Positions 11,638 through 26,071 of a stretch of DNA of 64,000 bases are shown here, in pieces. A program made the translations under genes and the position numbers. Where the stretch lies: assembly GCA_964016885.1 (NCBI GenBank), contig OZ024740.1:83390001-83454000 (forward strand), read 5' to 3'. Position 1 is the stretch's first letter. Each line of letters starts with the position of its first letter. The notes under the pieces were generated by a model. That model ran no database searches. It saw only the letters and a list, made by a program, of their open reading frames with translations, and was not told the origin of the DNA. This DNA is from Eledone cirrhosa. Taxonomy: Eukaryota.

Positions 11638-12101
11638 ATCTAATTTTTCCTATCTACAAATTTATATATATATATAATAAAGATGAAATAAAAGATGGTT
11701 ATAAGTGTTCCATATATTTTATTATACCTATTTCGAATACAAAATCATCCTGGGACAGATATTGTGTTCGCTTCAGATAAAAGATAAGGTACAATGATAT
11801 GAGGCATAATAGCACTTGTTTATAGGAAATTGTTAAGTCTACATATGACAGAAATATATGTGTTAATACTATAGTAAGAAATAGATAGCAAAATAGAAGA
11901 AAAGGAAAGAAGAAGAGAAACAAATGAAAAAAGAAAGAGAAGAAAGAAAAAATAGAAGGGAGAAAGAGAGAGATAGAGAGAGAGAGGGGGGGAGAGAGAC
12001 TTTTGATGAGGAACGCTGTCAAATTGAAAACAGCTGTAAATAACTGTTAAAAAATAAATTGGTGAGGTGTATGTGCGAATATTATAGAAGTTATTCAAAT
12101 A

Positions 12102-14944
12102 TTAGAGGTCTAAATATAGAAACTGGGTATATTATTTTATATTGGGTTTAAATACTAAAAATTGGTTTAAGAAATATAAAAATGTATTAATAAAATAAAT
12201 ATAAACAGATTTTTATAAAATAAAATAAAAATAGTATATCTATGTCAAAATTAATATTTTCTAGTAAAAATATATATGTGGGGTATACTATTTAATTTTT
12301 ATTTTATATCAACAAGTAAGTAAAGGAAATTGATAGAATGATTTATAAACGTAGTAAAAACGTAGAGAAAATCTATTATAGAATGACGTCATCATTTATT
12401 TACAAAATCTACGAAGGTTTGAGAGAAAATCTAAGGCGATCAAAGGCTTAATATATAATGAGAAAACCAAAATAATACATTGTAGAATATAATGAAAGAT
12501 GTGTAAAGATAACAGTGACTCATGGATTATGTTATAGGACATTAGCTATATACTTTGTGAAAAGTCTTGTAGAGGCCAGGGACACCTTTTCAACCTTAAG
12601 AATAAAATTAATGATCTTAATTCTTCTAAAAACGTATTAGTTCATTCTGACAAAACAAATAATTTATATGGCATAAGTAAGGATAAATATAATAACCTTA
12701 TCCTGAAAGAACTAAGAAAAAATTATCGTAAAACTACGCACAATAATCTGGATTCTATCAATAGAGAAGCATTTGAGATAATAACCAACCTCGGAATTGC
12801 CCCTTCTAAATCTGACCTAGGGGTTGTTAGTAAATCCATCTTGGATAGAATTATCCCACAGGTTAGGAATAAATCTCAACTAAATTTAAGTTTGGGTTCA
12901 TCTGAAGTAATAGACTGGTTCAATGACCTAAAAAATAAAAACAAACTGAAATTTATTCAATTAGACATTGCTAGCTATTACTCTTCTATTTCTCCTTCAC
13001 TCCTAAACATACGGACATTACTAGTGAAGAAATAAACATCATTCTCACCGCTAGGAAAACCATCTTGGAATTTAAGAACGAATATTGGACAAGAGCGGAT
13101 ACTTCCAACAATATCAACATCACCATGGGTTCTTCGGATTCAGCTCAACTGACCGACTTAGTTGGAATTTTCATCTTGAATTCTTTAAACCGGAAAATAC
13201 CCCAACTTTGCGGTGTGATTTATCATGATGATGCTCTCTTTACTGTCTCTAATTGTAACACTGTAAACTTTAATATACTTAAGAAAAAAATACTTGGTCT
13301 ATTTAAGCATCTTAACTTAAAAATTGAATTCGAGAATAATGATAAACAAGCAAATTTCCTTGATATATCCCTTAATCTAGATACCGGCCTATATTACCCA
13401 TATCATAAGGATGATGAGAACTTAAATTACGTTAACTTTAAATCTAACCACCCTAATAACGTTAAAATTGCTATACTCAAAAGCGTAGAAATAAGAATTT
13501 CTAATTTATCCTCTAATAAATATATCTTCGAAGCTAATGCCAACTATTATAATAATGCGCTATCTATAGCTGGATATCTGGACAAAATTAGGTATACTAA
13601 AGAACTTAATCTTGGCAGAGGAGACCGAGATATGAAAATATCCTTTGGTACAACGCTCCCTTCTCTCTTTTCGTTATTAATAATATCCCTAAATTATTTT
13701 TAGGGCATTACATAACAGCTTCCCTCCTTGATATATATATAGCAAGATTTTCAATAGGTATACTATTAAATTCTCGTATTCTACTACTTCGATCATTTCA
13801 AAGATTATCTCAAGACATAATTCTAAAATATTAAATAATAACTCATATGCATCCAACCATGAGAGTCATAATAATAACAATATAATGCCCGACGTCAATG
13901 TAAACTCTAGGCAAAATATCACAAGGATAAATACGACGTCAAATGTAACTTTGAGTAATACCTCAAATAGTAATGTAAATCTAGAAACTCTAGCACCTCC
14001 TTTAGTTAATCCACCACTCCTGATGCTAATATAATTAATCCTGGGCCACTTGCCAATAACTCTGTAAATAATCTTAATCGTAAATGCAACTGCCCTATTA
14101 GAACTAATTGTTCTCTTAGTAATTTCTGTCTCGATAAAAACCTAGAATACGAATGTAAAGTGGTAACTAGTACCAATTCCTATACCTACATTGGCTCTAC
14201 TTCTACCTTTTTTAAAGCAAGATTCTATAATCATTCTTCTACATTTAAATCTCCACTTAAAAGGAGCAGCACCCCACTCTCAGAACTCATTTGGTCCTTA
14301 AAAGCAAAAACATAAATTACGAAGTTTCTGGGCGTAAAATCTACAACGCATCTCCATACTCCAATGATTCCATATCTAGTGTTTGTAATTTATCTCTAGC
14401 TGAAAATGTTACCATTATCTCGAATTTCAAGACAATAATAAATCGAAGAACAGATTTATCCTACAAGACCTTTCACAAAGTATATAGCTGATGTCCTGTA
14501 ACATATTCCACGATTCACTGTTATCTTTACACATCTTTCATTATATTCTACAATGTATTATTTTGGTTTTCTCATTATATATTAAGCCTTTGATCTCCTT
14601 TTCTATAGCCTTAGATTTTCGCTCAAACCATCATAGATTTTGTAAACAAATGATGACGTCATTTTATAATAGATTTTCTCTACGTTTTTTCTACGTTTAT
14701 AAATCATTCTATCAATTTCCTTTACTTACTTGTTGATATAAAATAAAAATTAAATAGTATACCCCACATATATATTTTTACTAGAAGGTATTAATGTTGA
14801 CACAGATAGACTATTATTTATTTTATTTTATAAAATTCTTTTTATATTTCTTTTATTAATACATTTTTACACTACTTAAACCAATTTTTAGTATTTAAAC
14901 CCAATATAAAATAATATACCCAGTTTCTATATTTAGACCTCTAA
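12102..14944 (+). mobile_element. Decayed Penelope-like element (RT + GIY-YIG) with an inverted pLTR
   Basis: SDKTNN, LDIASYYSSIS, ITMGSSDSAQ, IYHDDAL, FLDISLNL, SNHP, CNC..NC and YTYIGST motifs. 12102-12437 is the reverse complement of 14608-14944. Confidence 0.85.
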
Positions 14945-15475
14945 AAGTCGTTGTTGATATTACTATTATATCTTTCTACCAAACCTGGTTACTCGTGGCA
15001 ACCTTATCAACTTCTAAATACTTCCCGCTAAATTGGGATTTACATCTTCAACCAAATTGGTGACTTATATTCAACAAAGAGAAACATTATGAATTATTTG
15101 GACTTGCGCAAAGCGAGTCTAGCAACCCGATTCGAATATTTCCAATGTTAAGCCGCTCCATATTGCCGTTAAAACGAATGGCGAATTAAAATAGGCTGCG
15201 TATTCATTCTTTATCGTCGAAGTGTTACCAATAAAGGAAAAGAATGTTTCTTTAATTACATCTAACTCTTATTTATCATATCTATATGCATTAATATAAT
15301 TTTATCAATATAAATATACCCATCAATTAAATTAATTTATATTCTTTTCATAGATGTAAATTCCATATATATTTTTTTCGCTAACACTTTTATCGTAAAA
15401 TTTTAGTCTCCTTAGATATTTACATTGGCATTATTCTTTTATAACAGCAACTTTTCGTGTTACTTTTTACTGACC

Positions 15476-15942
15476 TGACCTATTTTCACCCCTAAAATAA
15501 ACTTTTCATTCTTCATACTCCTTCCATTCAAAACTGAAATCTGCCTTCTTCTACCCCAAAATAAATTTCAATTACTACTATTTTACCATTTGGCCAATTA
15601 TTACCTTTCCACTTGTTAATTCAAAACCTGTTCCCAAACAAACCTACTATATTAAATCTTTGTTGGTTTTATTCAATGAACAAATATAATTATTTCTGAG
15701 GTCAGCATATGACCTATTCTCATCCCTAAAATAATCTTTCATTCATAATATTCTTTCCATCCAAAACTGAAATCTACCTTCATCTACCCATAAATTAAGG
15801 TTCTCTTACTACTATATTACTATCTTGACCTTCACTATCTTTCTATTGGTCAATTCAAAACCTCTTCACAAACAGACCTATTTTATTAAATCTTTGTTGG
15901 TTTTTTCAATAAACAAATATCATTATTTCTGAAGACAGCATA
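15476..15942. repeat. Diverged tandem duplication, about 235-bp unit x2
   Basis: tgacctatt...ccctaaaataa...caaaactgaaatct...ttatttctga..cagcata starts at about 15476 and 15710. Confidence 0.85.
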
Positions 15943-16238
15943 TATATGTGTAGGTATGTATATTCCCTCTGATAGTTTGTAAACATTTTACATAGATCTA
16001 TAGGATATGCATACCAACACTAACATATATATCCTAGAAACGATCGTAAAATGATGAATTTTTTAATATAAGGAACTGTTTCTTTGTTTATTCATTATTT
16101 TATTAATTTATCTTGACTCTGTTTTCGGTTAATTTTCACGGAAGAATTTTTTTGAATACATCTTCTCTTTTCATGATATTCGGATTACATTGAGTTCTTC
16201 ATACGGATTGGACACTACCGTAAATTTTGGTAGATGTA

Positions 16239-16314
<76 letters not shown>

Positions 16315-16489
16315 TGAATAAACAAGAGAGATGAACAGTAATATAAACATAGATGTGTTCGAATCGTAAGGAGTAGGTTTGCTAGGGTGAAAAAATACTA
16401 ACTTAGTTTTTTGTCACCCTAGCAAACCTAATCCTTATGATTCGAACACATGTATGTTTATATTAGTGTTCATCTCTCTTGTTTATTCA
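16315..16489. repeat. About 175-bp near-perfect fold-back element next to (TA)n
   Basis: tgaataaacaagagagatgaaca...ctagggtga pairs with tcaccctag...tgttcatctctcttgtttattca. Confidence 0.9.
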
Positions 16490-16568
16490 TTTATATTACT
16501 CGGCTCAGAAAAGCTTTTTTCTTAGAGCTATTTAATTGTAAGAGACTACTCGGATTTTCTAACTCACT

Positions 16569-16643
<75 letters not shown>

Positions 16644-16866
16644 TCGAAAAGAATATATATATACATATATATATATACGTATAAACATATATATATATAT
16701 AAGTGCATATACATATATATTCTTTTTTTCTCGAGTTTGTCTCTTAAAAAGAGTGAAAAACATAATGCCCACGAAAGGGATGGAGAATACATATCATTTA
16801 AAGAAATAAATTAAAATGCACCAACCAACCTTTTATAACTATAAGACCTGGACAACCTCAAATAAG

Positions 16867-16923
16867 AGAATGTTTCGCCATTTAAAGTAAACAGTCCATA
16901 CTGCAGAGGCCTTATCAACAGGT
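16867..16923 (-). ncRNA. Possible hammerhead motif, U3-A8 variant, degenerate stem III
   Basis: Minus strand: UUGAUAA gGCC...GGC GAAA CAUUC. Confidence 0.35.
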
Positions 16924-17374
16924 GTAAGACAGTTTGTTCCTTAATTCTAAACATATACCAAATAACTATAATAACGCACGTGCTGTAAAGAGAAGAAATC
17001 ATGCACGCTATATAGGCCATGGTGGTGTGAATGGACCAAAAGACCGCTAGAAATAGCATCCCAGAACTATTCAACTTAAGAAGCTCTACTTACATAAAGG
17101 AATGAAGTAGGAGCCAATATATCAAATTTAAAAAAATGGATTTCAATACTCACGTTGATTCCCTGCAATTTAATGAGCTCTGGTGGTATTCTATCCCATC
17201 TAATTGATCACATACATCTTTGTGTATTTTTCTCTTTATACTGTCTCATAGAGCGCCCGGATTCAATCAATTGCGCTCATTAAATTACTCGGTATTAACG
17301 CGGGTTAGTTAACTCCGTTTTTTAATTTGATACATTCTCATATATATATATATATATATATATAGTAATAATAT

Positions 17375-18085
<711 letters not shown>

Positions 18086-18104
18086 TATGTATATATATAT
18101 ATAT

Positions 18105-18336
18105 AGTTTTGCGAGGTTTTTCATATGAAATCGTGTGTCGAAACAAATATTGTTATACTTGGGGAGGGTCATATTTGTGTAATATTGCCAGTATTAATAA
18201 CAGAACACACTCACTGTTTGGATGGTTTTCGCTTTTCGCTTCTTAGTCTTTTATACCGGCAATCTAATTTATTCGGTCCTCAATGTTGCCATTGACTGAC
18301 CGAGGGTCAAAAATAATACAGATACAATATAGACAC

Positions 18337-18401
<65 letters not shown>

Positions 18402-18566
18402 GTTTTTGACCGTCGGTCGGTCAATGGCAACATTGAGGACCTAATGAGTTGGATTACCGATATAAAAGACTAAGAAGCGAAATGCGAAAACAAACCAAAC
18501 AGTGAGTGTGTTCTGTTGTTGGTTCTGGCAGTGTTACACAAAGATGACCCTCCCCAAGTATAACTA
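18105..18566. mobile_element. Two opposite-orientation fragments (18105-18340, 18400-18566) of the pLTR of the PLE at 55.4-57.2 kb, separated by (TA)n
   Basis: Shared ttatacttggggagggtcat...cggtcctcaatgttgccattgac sequence and its reverse complement. Confidence 0.8.
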
Positions 18567-18572
18567 TATATT

Positions 18573-18609
<37 letters not shown>

Positions 18610-18610
18610 T

Positions 18611-18660
<50 letters not shown>

Positions 18661-18705
18661 TATATTTATATATATATATATATATATATACATTTATATG
18701 TATAT

Positions 18706-19248
18706 AACGGCGATGAATTAGTTTTACGAGGTTTTTTATATGAAATCGTGTGTCGAAACAAATATTGTTATACTTGGGGAGGTCATATTTGTGTAATGTT
18801 GCCGGAATTGGTAGCAGAACGCACTCACTGTTTGGTTGGTTTTCGCTTCTGTGTCTTTTATAACGGTAATCTAATTTATTCGGTCCTCAATGTTGCCATT
18901 GACTGACCAACGGTCAAAAATAATACAGATGCAATATAGACACAAACACATATATATAGTTTATCAAAGTTCTTTCGTTGCACATCTGCAACATCGTTAG
19001 TGGTGCTATAGATTCTTCCCGTTGCATTGTATTTCTACGCCATCTTTATTTAGTCTGTTTATATATTTATTTATTTATTTGTTTGTTTGTTTATTTTATT
19101 TTGTCTTCTTTGCGCATGCGTTTGCGTGTGTGTATAGTGTTTTGTTTGATGTGTGTTCGTGATTGGGTGACTGTGTATTGGTTAATGTATTCTATCTTTA
19201 CTAGTGTGTGTTTATATGTGTTTGTTGTTATTGTGCTTGTGTATGTAT

Positions 19249-19279
<31 letters not shown>

Positions 19280-19693
19280 TCTATTTATTTATTTATTTAT
19301 TTATACTTCTCTTAGGTCAGTGTTTTTGTTTGGGTGTTGTTGTTATTCCATTCATTCTTTCTGTTTATACAAATAAATAAATAAATAAATATATAAACAG
19401 ACTAAATAAAGATGGCGTAGAAATACAATGCAACAGGAGGAATCTATAGCACCACTGACGATGTTGCAGATGTGCAACGAAGGAACTTTGATAAACTATA
19501 TATATGTGTTTGTGTCTATATTGCATCTGTATTATATTTTACGGTTGGTCAGTCAATGGCAACATTGAGGACCGAATAAATTAGATTACCGATATAAAAG
19601 ACATAGAAGCGAAAAGCGAAAACCAACCAAACAGTGAGTGTGTTCTGTTATTAATTCTGGCAATATTACACAAATATGACCCTCCCCAAGTAT

Positions 19694-19700
<7 letters not shown>
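18706..19700 (-). mobile_element. 5'-truncated, fold-back copy of the PLE family at 55.4-57.2 kb
   Basis: 18960-19365 is the reverse complement of about 56705-57052 (ORF end + 3' UTR). 19370-19700 is an inverted copy of 18760-19080. Confidence 0.85.
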
Positions 19701-19748
<48 letters not shown>

Positions 19749-19756
19749 TATATACA

Positions 19757-19792
19757 GAGGTTGAGAGAGAGAGAGAGAGGGAGATAGAGAGT

Positions 19793-19873
<81 letters not shown>

Positions 19874-19947
19874 CGGGAGACAGACAGACAGAGAGACAGA
19901 TAGTTGGTGAGATAGACAGATAAATAGATAGATAGATAGATAGATAT

Positions 19948-19998
<51 letters not shown>
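19757..19998. repeat. (GA)n grading into (GATA)n microsatellite
   Basis: Seen directly. Confidence 0.95.
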
Positions 19999-20229
19999 TG
20001 TTTCTTTATTAGCCGCAGGGGCACACAAGAAGGGGACAAATACAAAGGGGGAAGTTTACATACAATAAAAACGTGTAAAATATTATCACAAATGCAATTT
20101 AAAAAATTAGTCGATTTTCCCCAATAGGGGAGAAAGTTCATATGGATAACACATACCCCCGAAAAATATGCAACCCTCATCACCAGAAGTACGAAGAGTC
20201 TGTACTCCTTGCCTCTCCTCCTCCTTTTC

Positions 20230-23200
20230 CTAAACCAAGGGGCTGATATAGAGAGAGAACCCATTCACTCGGGCCATTCTCGCCACTTTCACCCACCTTT
20301 CATAAAACTTGCAGGGGTACAGCACCTCTCTCTCCATCCTGATTCTTCTTCCAGAGTGGTATTTGAAAAAAAGAATCAGTTGTTGGTCGGAGAGAAAGGT
20401 GTCTGACCTCAGCCCTTTCAACCTTGTCCACCATACAACCTCTTTCGCCATAGCTATCACACAAAGGAAAACCGCCTCTCCTTCGTTTTTGAAGGAGGGT
20501 GGTGGTTTGATCATGACAATGGACTCGGTGGTCAACCGGATTGGTCCCACCCGCGATAATAGTCGTTCTACATAGCCCCATAGGTCGGTGACGCCCGGGC
20601 AGTGTATGGATGCGTGCGAGACGGTTTCTTTATCTTGCACGCACCTCGGACATATCTTTTTTGCAGGGTCCCTGCCCGGGCGCTCATGTCTGTAGAGCTT
20701 GTCTCGAACTGGTAGAGCTCCTCGGTAGCACTGCCAGGCCAGGGACTTTTGGAAGTTGTCCATCGGTCCCGGGCGGAAGGTCCTACCGAACAGACTGGCC
20801 AGTTCGTCTTCCTCTACGCCCAGAGTGTCACCGGGCACTCGTCGCACTTGCTGCGGATCAACCCTCTATAGAATGATGAAGTGGAGTCACCACTGATCAC
20901 CGGGTCCCCCTGCCAGAGGGCTGTGAGCGCCTGAGCACATTCGATGTGCCACTCGCCCATTTTCCTCGGTCTTTGCTTGACCCAGGACTGCAGCTCGGTC
21001 AGCGAGACGAGTCGTGGGAAGGCTCGCCTCAAAAACGGGGCCCACCCCGGTTGTCCTTTGAGGAATACGTAGAGATGCCGAAGCCTCAGCGCGTGTTTGC
21101 GCATCGTCAGCCACGGCATCCCCAGCCCTCCGTTGGAAGGGCGTTGGCAGCAGATGAATCTTCTCACAATAGGAGCCCGCCTCTTCCAAAGGAAGTGGAA
21201 GAGTGCGCGCTTCATTTTGGCGAGCGTTTTGGCTGGACATGGCACGACGGTCAAGCGGTAGTAGATGGCGGACGCTATAAAAATGTTTGCCAACTCCGCT
21301 CGACCTTTCAAGTATAGTTTGCACTCGGCCCACTTCTGGGTGAGTGCAAACACCTTGGCCGACAGCTCGTTCCAGTTCTTCTCCACCTGGAGGTCCGGAC
21401 CAAACCAGACCCCGAGCAGCTTTACTGGTCCTTCCGTCCAGGTCCGACGACACGATCGGAAGGCATCGGTCTGCCTCTCCACGATCCGAGTTGCAAACGG
21501 ATGGACTTGTCCCGGTTCAGCTTCGCTCCTGTAAACCTTTTGTATTCCTTCAGTAAGGTACCAACTCCCCGATTTGCGAGGTGGTCGACACCATTACTGT
21601 TACGATGCCGCTTTCCGCAGTCCCGGTTCCAAAGGGATGCTCTGCAATAGCTCCAACTTCCGCAGTAGTGGCTCGAGAGTCAGTACGTATAGAAGGGAAG
21701 AGAGAGGGCATCCCTGTCGGATAGATCGCGTGATATGGAACGGCTTCGAGAGGTAACAGTTCACCTTTACCCTTGAGCAGATATCGCTGCTGTCCATTGC
21801 AGCAATCCAGCCCCTGAACACCGGTGCGAAGCCTGCCGCCTCGAGCAGCGCATCCAGGTAACGTTGGTCAACCCTATCGAAAGCCTTAGACTGATCTAAG
21901 TTGATCAGGGCCCCAGCGAAGCCGGGTTTACAACCTACCCTCTATATGATGTATCGCATGAGGTGGAGGTTGTCGTGTATGTACCTGGTCGGGATTACGA
22001 ATGCCTGCGTTTCTCCCACCAGGTTTTCGACGACAAGCGCCAGCCTCTTTGCCAACACCTTGGCCAAAATCTGTAACTCTGTGTTGAGCAGAGTTATGGG
22101 CCGGAAGTTGCCTGTCATGCCCCTTGTTCTCGTCCTTCCTGACTAACGTGATTACACCCTTGTTCATAGAACTGGGAATTCTTGACTGTCGAGACGTGGA
22201 GATTTGCGTTTTCCGCATTGGCTCAGCGCGTCCCCTATCTCAGCGGCCGAAATCGGCCTTTCGCAGAATTTCGCCTCGCTGTCCGAGAGTCGCGGTAGGC
22301 CGTCGAGCTATGAACCGAAATCCATTGCCCCTCCAGCGCGGAGCCCCGCCCGAACAGTTGAGCAAATTGCCGCAGAAAGGCCGCGCACATTTGCTTCGGC
22401 TCGCGTATCACGCGTCCATCTTGATCCTTCAAAGACCGAATCGTGGGCTTGTTGCCAGTTTTCGCCTCCGGCACTCGGGCCCAGCTAACAGCTTTGGCTC
22501 TTTCGTTTACCAGAGCACGTATTTTGCTTCTGACAACGCAGCCTTCATGATTTGCGTCGAAGAACTGGTTCAAGGCCGTTCTCGTAGCTAGCACGCTGGG
22601 TACGTTGCCACTCCTAAGTGCCTCTTCTACTTTATCTACTAGTTCCTTTGCAGTCTTATTTCTATCTAACTCTAATTCTTTACTAAAACCTATCGAGTCT
22701 AATCTAACTGCCCTCTTGAGAGAGTACCACTATCTGTTGTTGACAATGGCCCCCGTCAAGTGCTGCTTATCTAAAGTGCTAATCCGTCTACTGTAGTGTT
22801 TGCATGTCGGTAACGAAAAGTTCAGCTTCCAGTAGCCGAGTCCCTGCTATGGGTTTTGTCAAGGTTGTCTAAGCAGGTCACTAATTTGTGATCTGAATAG
22901 GCAACCATGAACATTTGTTGACAGCTTAACATGTCCCTATCCTTCTTTCTAACTAGAACCCTATCTAGGTACGATCTAGATGTTCCGTGCGATTAGTCCA
23001 CGTCCACAGTGGCACAGTCGGAAAATCTAGTCGATATCTATCGGCCAGGTCAAATCGGCCGATTAACTGTTTGAAGCTGTTACACCCCCCTCTATCGGGA
23101 CATGCTCCCACATAGTCCCAACGTGCATCTAGGATTCCATTCCAGTCCCCCACTAACAGCAGGTAGCGGGACGTTCCCAGAAAATCCCTAGATGTTTGAA

Positions 23201-23565
23201 GAAGTCTGGCCGCGGTTTCCCGGATGGGGCATATGCGGCCACCAACCTGAAGGCTCCACCTTCACTACCGTCAACATCTAGGACGACCAGTCGACCCTCC
23301 GCGTCCAGATGCACCGTCTGTGTTACGAGGTCCAGGTGTTTCTGCAGCAAAACGGCAACCCCACCCCACAACCCGGCTGACAGAGAGATACGTAGATCTC
23401 AAAGTCGTCGAAGATGGGGGCCAGTTGTCGCTCGCTGTGGATCATGGACTCGCAAATGGCTACTGCATCCATCCTGTGCGACCTGGGGTCGTTTAAGAGT
23501 TTTCCCTGTTTCTAGGGCATCCCCAGGCCGCGTACATTCACACATCCAACTCTTATATTGGCCAT
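20230..23565 (-). pseudogene. Tx1-B ORF2 (APE-RT-CCHC), many frameshifts; the YADD segment is deleted
   Basis: ATG at 23565 (MANIRVGCVNVRGL). Collinear fragments run to the stop at 20230. KAAS is followed directly by VTVMV near 21600. Confidence 0.88.
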
Positions 23566-23599
23566 GTTGGTGTTGAAAAGTTAAAAGAAGAGGAAAAGA

Positions 23600-25549
23600 T
23601 ATCACTCACCTCTTCGTCTCCTGGGGACCAGGCTGCACAATTTCCATGGGGGTGTTGGAGGGGTTGTTTGCTGGGGTTGTGGTCTCTGGAGGGGTGGGGA
23701 CAGAGATTTTTGGTGGGGAGGAGGTGTCTGGTGGGATGGGGGTGTGGGTGGGGAAACATTTTAACAGGACTCGATTGTTGGGTTAGACGCAGGATTTACC
23801 TACGTCGTTAGGAAATTTTTCTTTTAACTGTTTATGTGTGCCCAAGGAGGTCCTAATCATTTTACACACTCTTCTCCGAAGAGTGTGTAAAAGTTTTCCC
23901 TTCGGTCTCCACCGAAGAGTTTTTATATATGGTGTCTGTTAAAGTTTTATTGTTAGTATTTATGTAGGTGTAACATTTTTGTTGTGTTGGGTTGCTTTTT
24001 GTCTGTAGTTCTTGTGTGTGTTTACGTTTTGTAGTAGTGTTTTGTTTTCAGGCGGGCGTGTTTTTGTTTGTTCTGTTTGCGTTGCTTGTGTTGGTGTTTG
24101 TGTTTGTTGCATTTTTGTTGTCTTTTCTTTTTTCTTTTTAATGGTCGGAAAGGCTCTCCCTCATCGTCACTGGGTGACGATGATGAGGCCTCATCCGTGT
24201 TGTCGGGGAGGGTACATTTTGGGGTGCTGTTATGTGTGTGGGTGTTTCTGGAGTTGTTTTAGGTGGGGAGGGTTTGGGTGGGACTGTGTTTGTCGTTTGT
24301 TTTGTTGTCACTATTTTTTTCATATTGGTGTTGTGGTGGTGGTGGTGATGTTGATTGTTGTGCTGGTGTTGCAGGTCTTGGCAGTAGTGCCTTTTTTTTG
24401 GTTAGTTAGCCGAGGACAGGAAGCTCTCAGGTGACCCACTGCTTGAGCAGTGGGAACATGAGGGCCGCCTACCCTCGACCGAAATATTTATGTATATAAG
24501 CCCATCCAACATACGTTCCGGGATCCTAGCTATTCGTTCTGGTGTCATTTGGACCAGAACTTCCAGGCTAGTTCCGCTGAACAGGTCGCCGGGGGACTTA
24601 CCTACCGATATTATATAGTCTGTTTCGTGGTTTAAAAATCCACATAGTACCCACCAAATATCAATATTTGGTGTGATACTTTGGATTTTTCTTTTCTGTG
24701 TCCTTTTCCCCATGTAAGTTGGGAGAAAGGTGAACAGCGGTGACACAATTGGCAACACAGAATATTTCTGTGCCGTCAATTGGTATTTCATTAGAATGGA
24801 TAAACTCCCGTAGAGTCTACCCTTCTGAATAAAAGCAGTCTTTTAAGGCATTTTTTAAAGTCAACTCAATTTCGCCTTGTGAAAGTTGAGTCGGTTTTCG
24901 TGTTTCGTTTGAGATTGTCCTGAAAATCACAGTTTTCAAGGCAGCTTCTCTTCGCAAATCTGGGGGAGAGTTTATGAAGAATGATCCCTACTCCCCAAAA
25001 GTTACATATTGCCTGGCGTTATTCAAAAGCTCATTTTCATTTGAAATACAACGGAGTGTAGCTTACCGTTTTCTTTACGGTTTGCACAAATGATATTTTG
25101 TCGTTTACTTCCTTGTTGCAGTTATTGGTCTTGTTGTTGTTATTATTGTTCTTATTGTTGATGTTGTTTTCGTTTTTTCCATTGTTGGTTTTGTTGTCGT
25201 TGGTATTCTTCTTGTTCTCGTTGTCACTGGTGTTGGTGATGGCGTTGTTTTGGTTTGTGCCGTTCGCAGTGTTCTTGTTGGTGGTGCTGGTGTTGTTGAC
25301 AGGGTGGGTTTTAAACATATCGAAGTGTTTCAATGAGGCGGTGCGAGTTGCTTCTTGGCTTGACAGTTTTACCGTCCCTCCACCACCTCTGTCTAATTGT
25401 TGGCTGACAGTTTTGATGTTGTTGTTGGTGATAGCAACAGGCAGGCAGCCTTCACCTGCTACTAGTACTGTGGAAGGTGAGATTAACAGCGCACCTCCTC
25501 AATTCTCTGATGTGTTTTTTGTGAAGATGAGGTCAAAGAATTTGGCCAT
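23600..25549 (-). pseudogene. Tx1-B ORF1 (Asn-rich region, zinc knuckle), disrupted
   Basis: Fragments 25037-25333 and 24402-24791 (FLPTYMGKRT, EGRRPSCSHC). Ends are approximate. Confidence 0.7.
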
Positions 25550-25751
25550 TTTGGCTATATTCAAAATTCCGGTAAAAAGTTTCTGGAATTTCTCCGTTTT
25601 TCGCCCTGATGGGCTCATTATTTGGGGTTGCTACCACCTACAAAGTGTAGGTTGGCAGCTTATCTACAAAATGGTGTAAAAATGTAGATTCAGTTCATGC
25701 AATTTCCAATGAAATTAAAACATTTACTCACCAGCGCGTTTTCCACGTGTT

Positions 25752-25776
25752 AGATAGAATCCGAGATAGATGGAAC

Positions 25777-25832
<56 letters not shown>
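25752..25832. repeat. (GATA)n spacer between the tandem Tx1 copies
   Basis: Seen directly; the first part is degenerate. Confidence 0.93.
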
Positions 25833-26071
25833 TGTTTCATTATTAGCCACAGGGGCAAAAAAGAAGGGGACAAATACAAAGGGGGAAGTTTACATACAAT
25901 AAAACCGTGTAAAATGTTATCACAAATGTAATTTAAAAAGTTAGTCGATTTTCCCCAATAGGGGAGACAGTTTATATGGGTAACACATACCCCCGAAAAA
26001 AATGTGCAACCCTCATCTCCAGGAGTACGAAGAGTTTGTACTCCTTTCCCCTCCTCCTCCTTTTCCTCAAC

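Larger units (their letters stand above)
19999..25751 (-). mobile_element. Tx1-clade LINE copy B, apparently full length, decayed, bounded by (GATA)n
   Basis: 5' UTR, ORF1 with knuckle, ORF2 with APE (GDWN), RT (LDQSKAFDR, RQGCPLS) and a C-terminal CPRC..ET..H..C. AATAAA then (TATC)n on the minus strand. Confidence 0.92.

Noticed and set aside
25595-25625. AUAAUGA-GCCC..GGGC-GAAA in the Tx1-B 5' UTR as a hammerhead, or the 5' UTR hairpins as an HDV-like ribozyme
   Set aside because: The core is not CUGANGA, copies A and C lack it, and I could not build the HDV nested pseudoknot.
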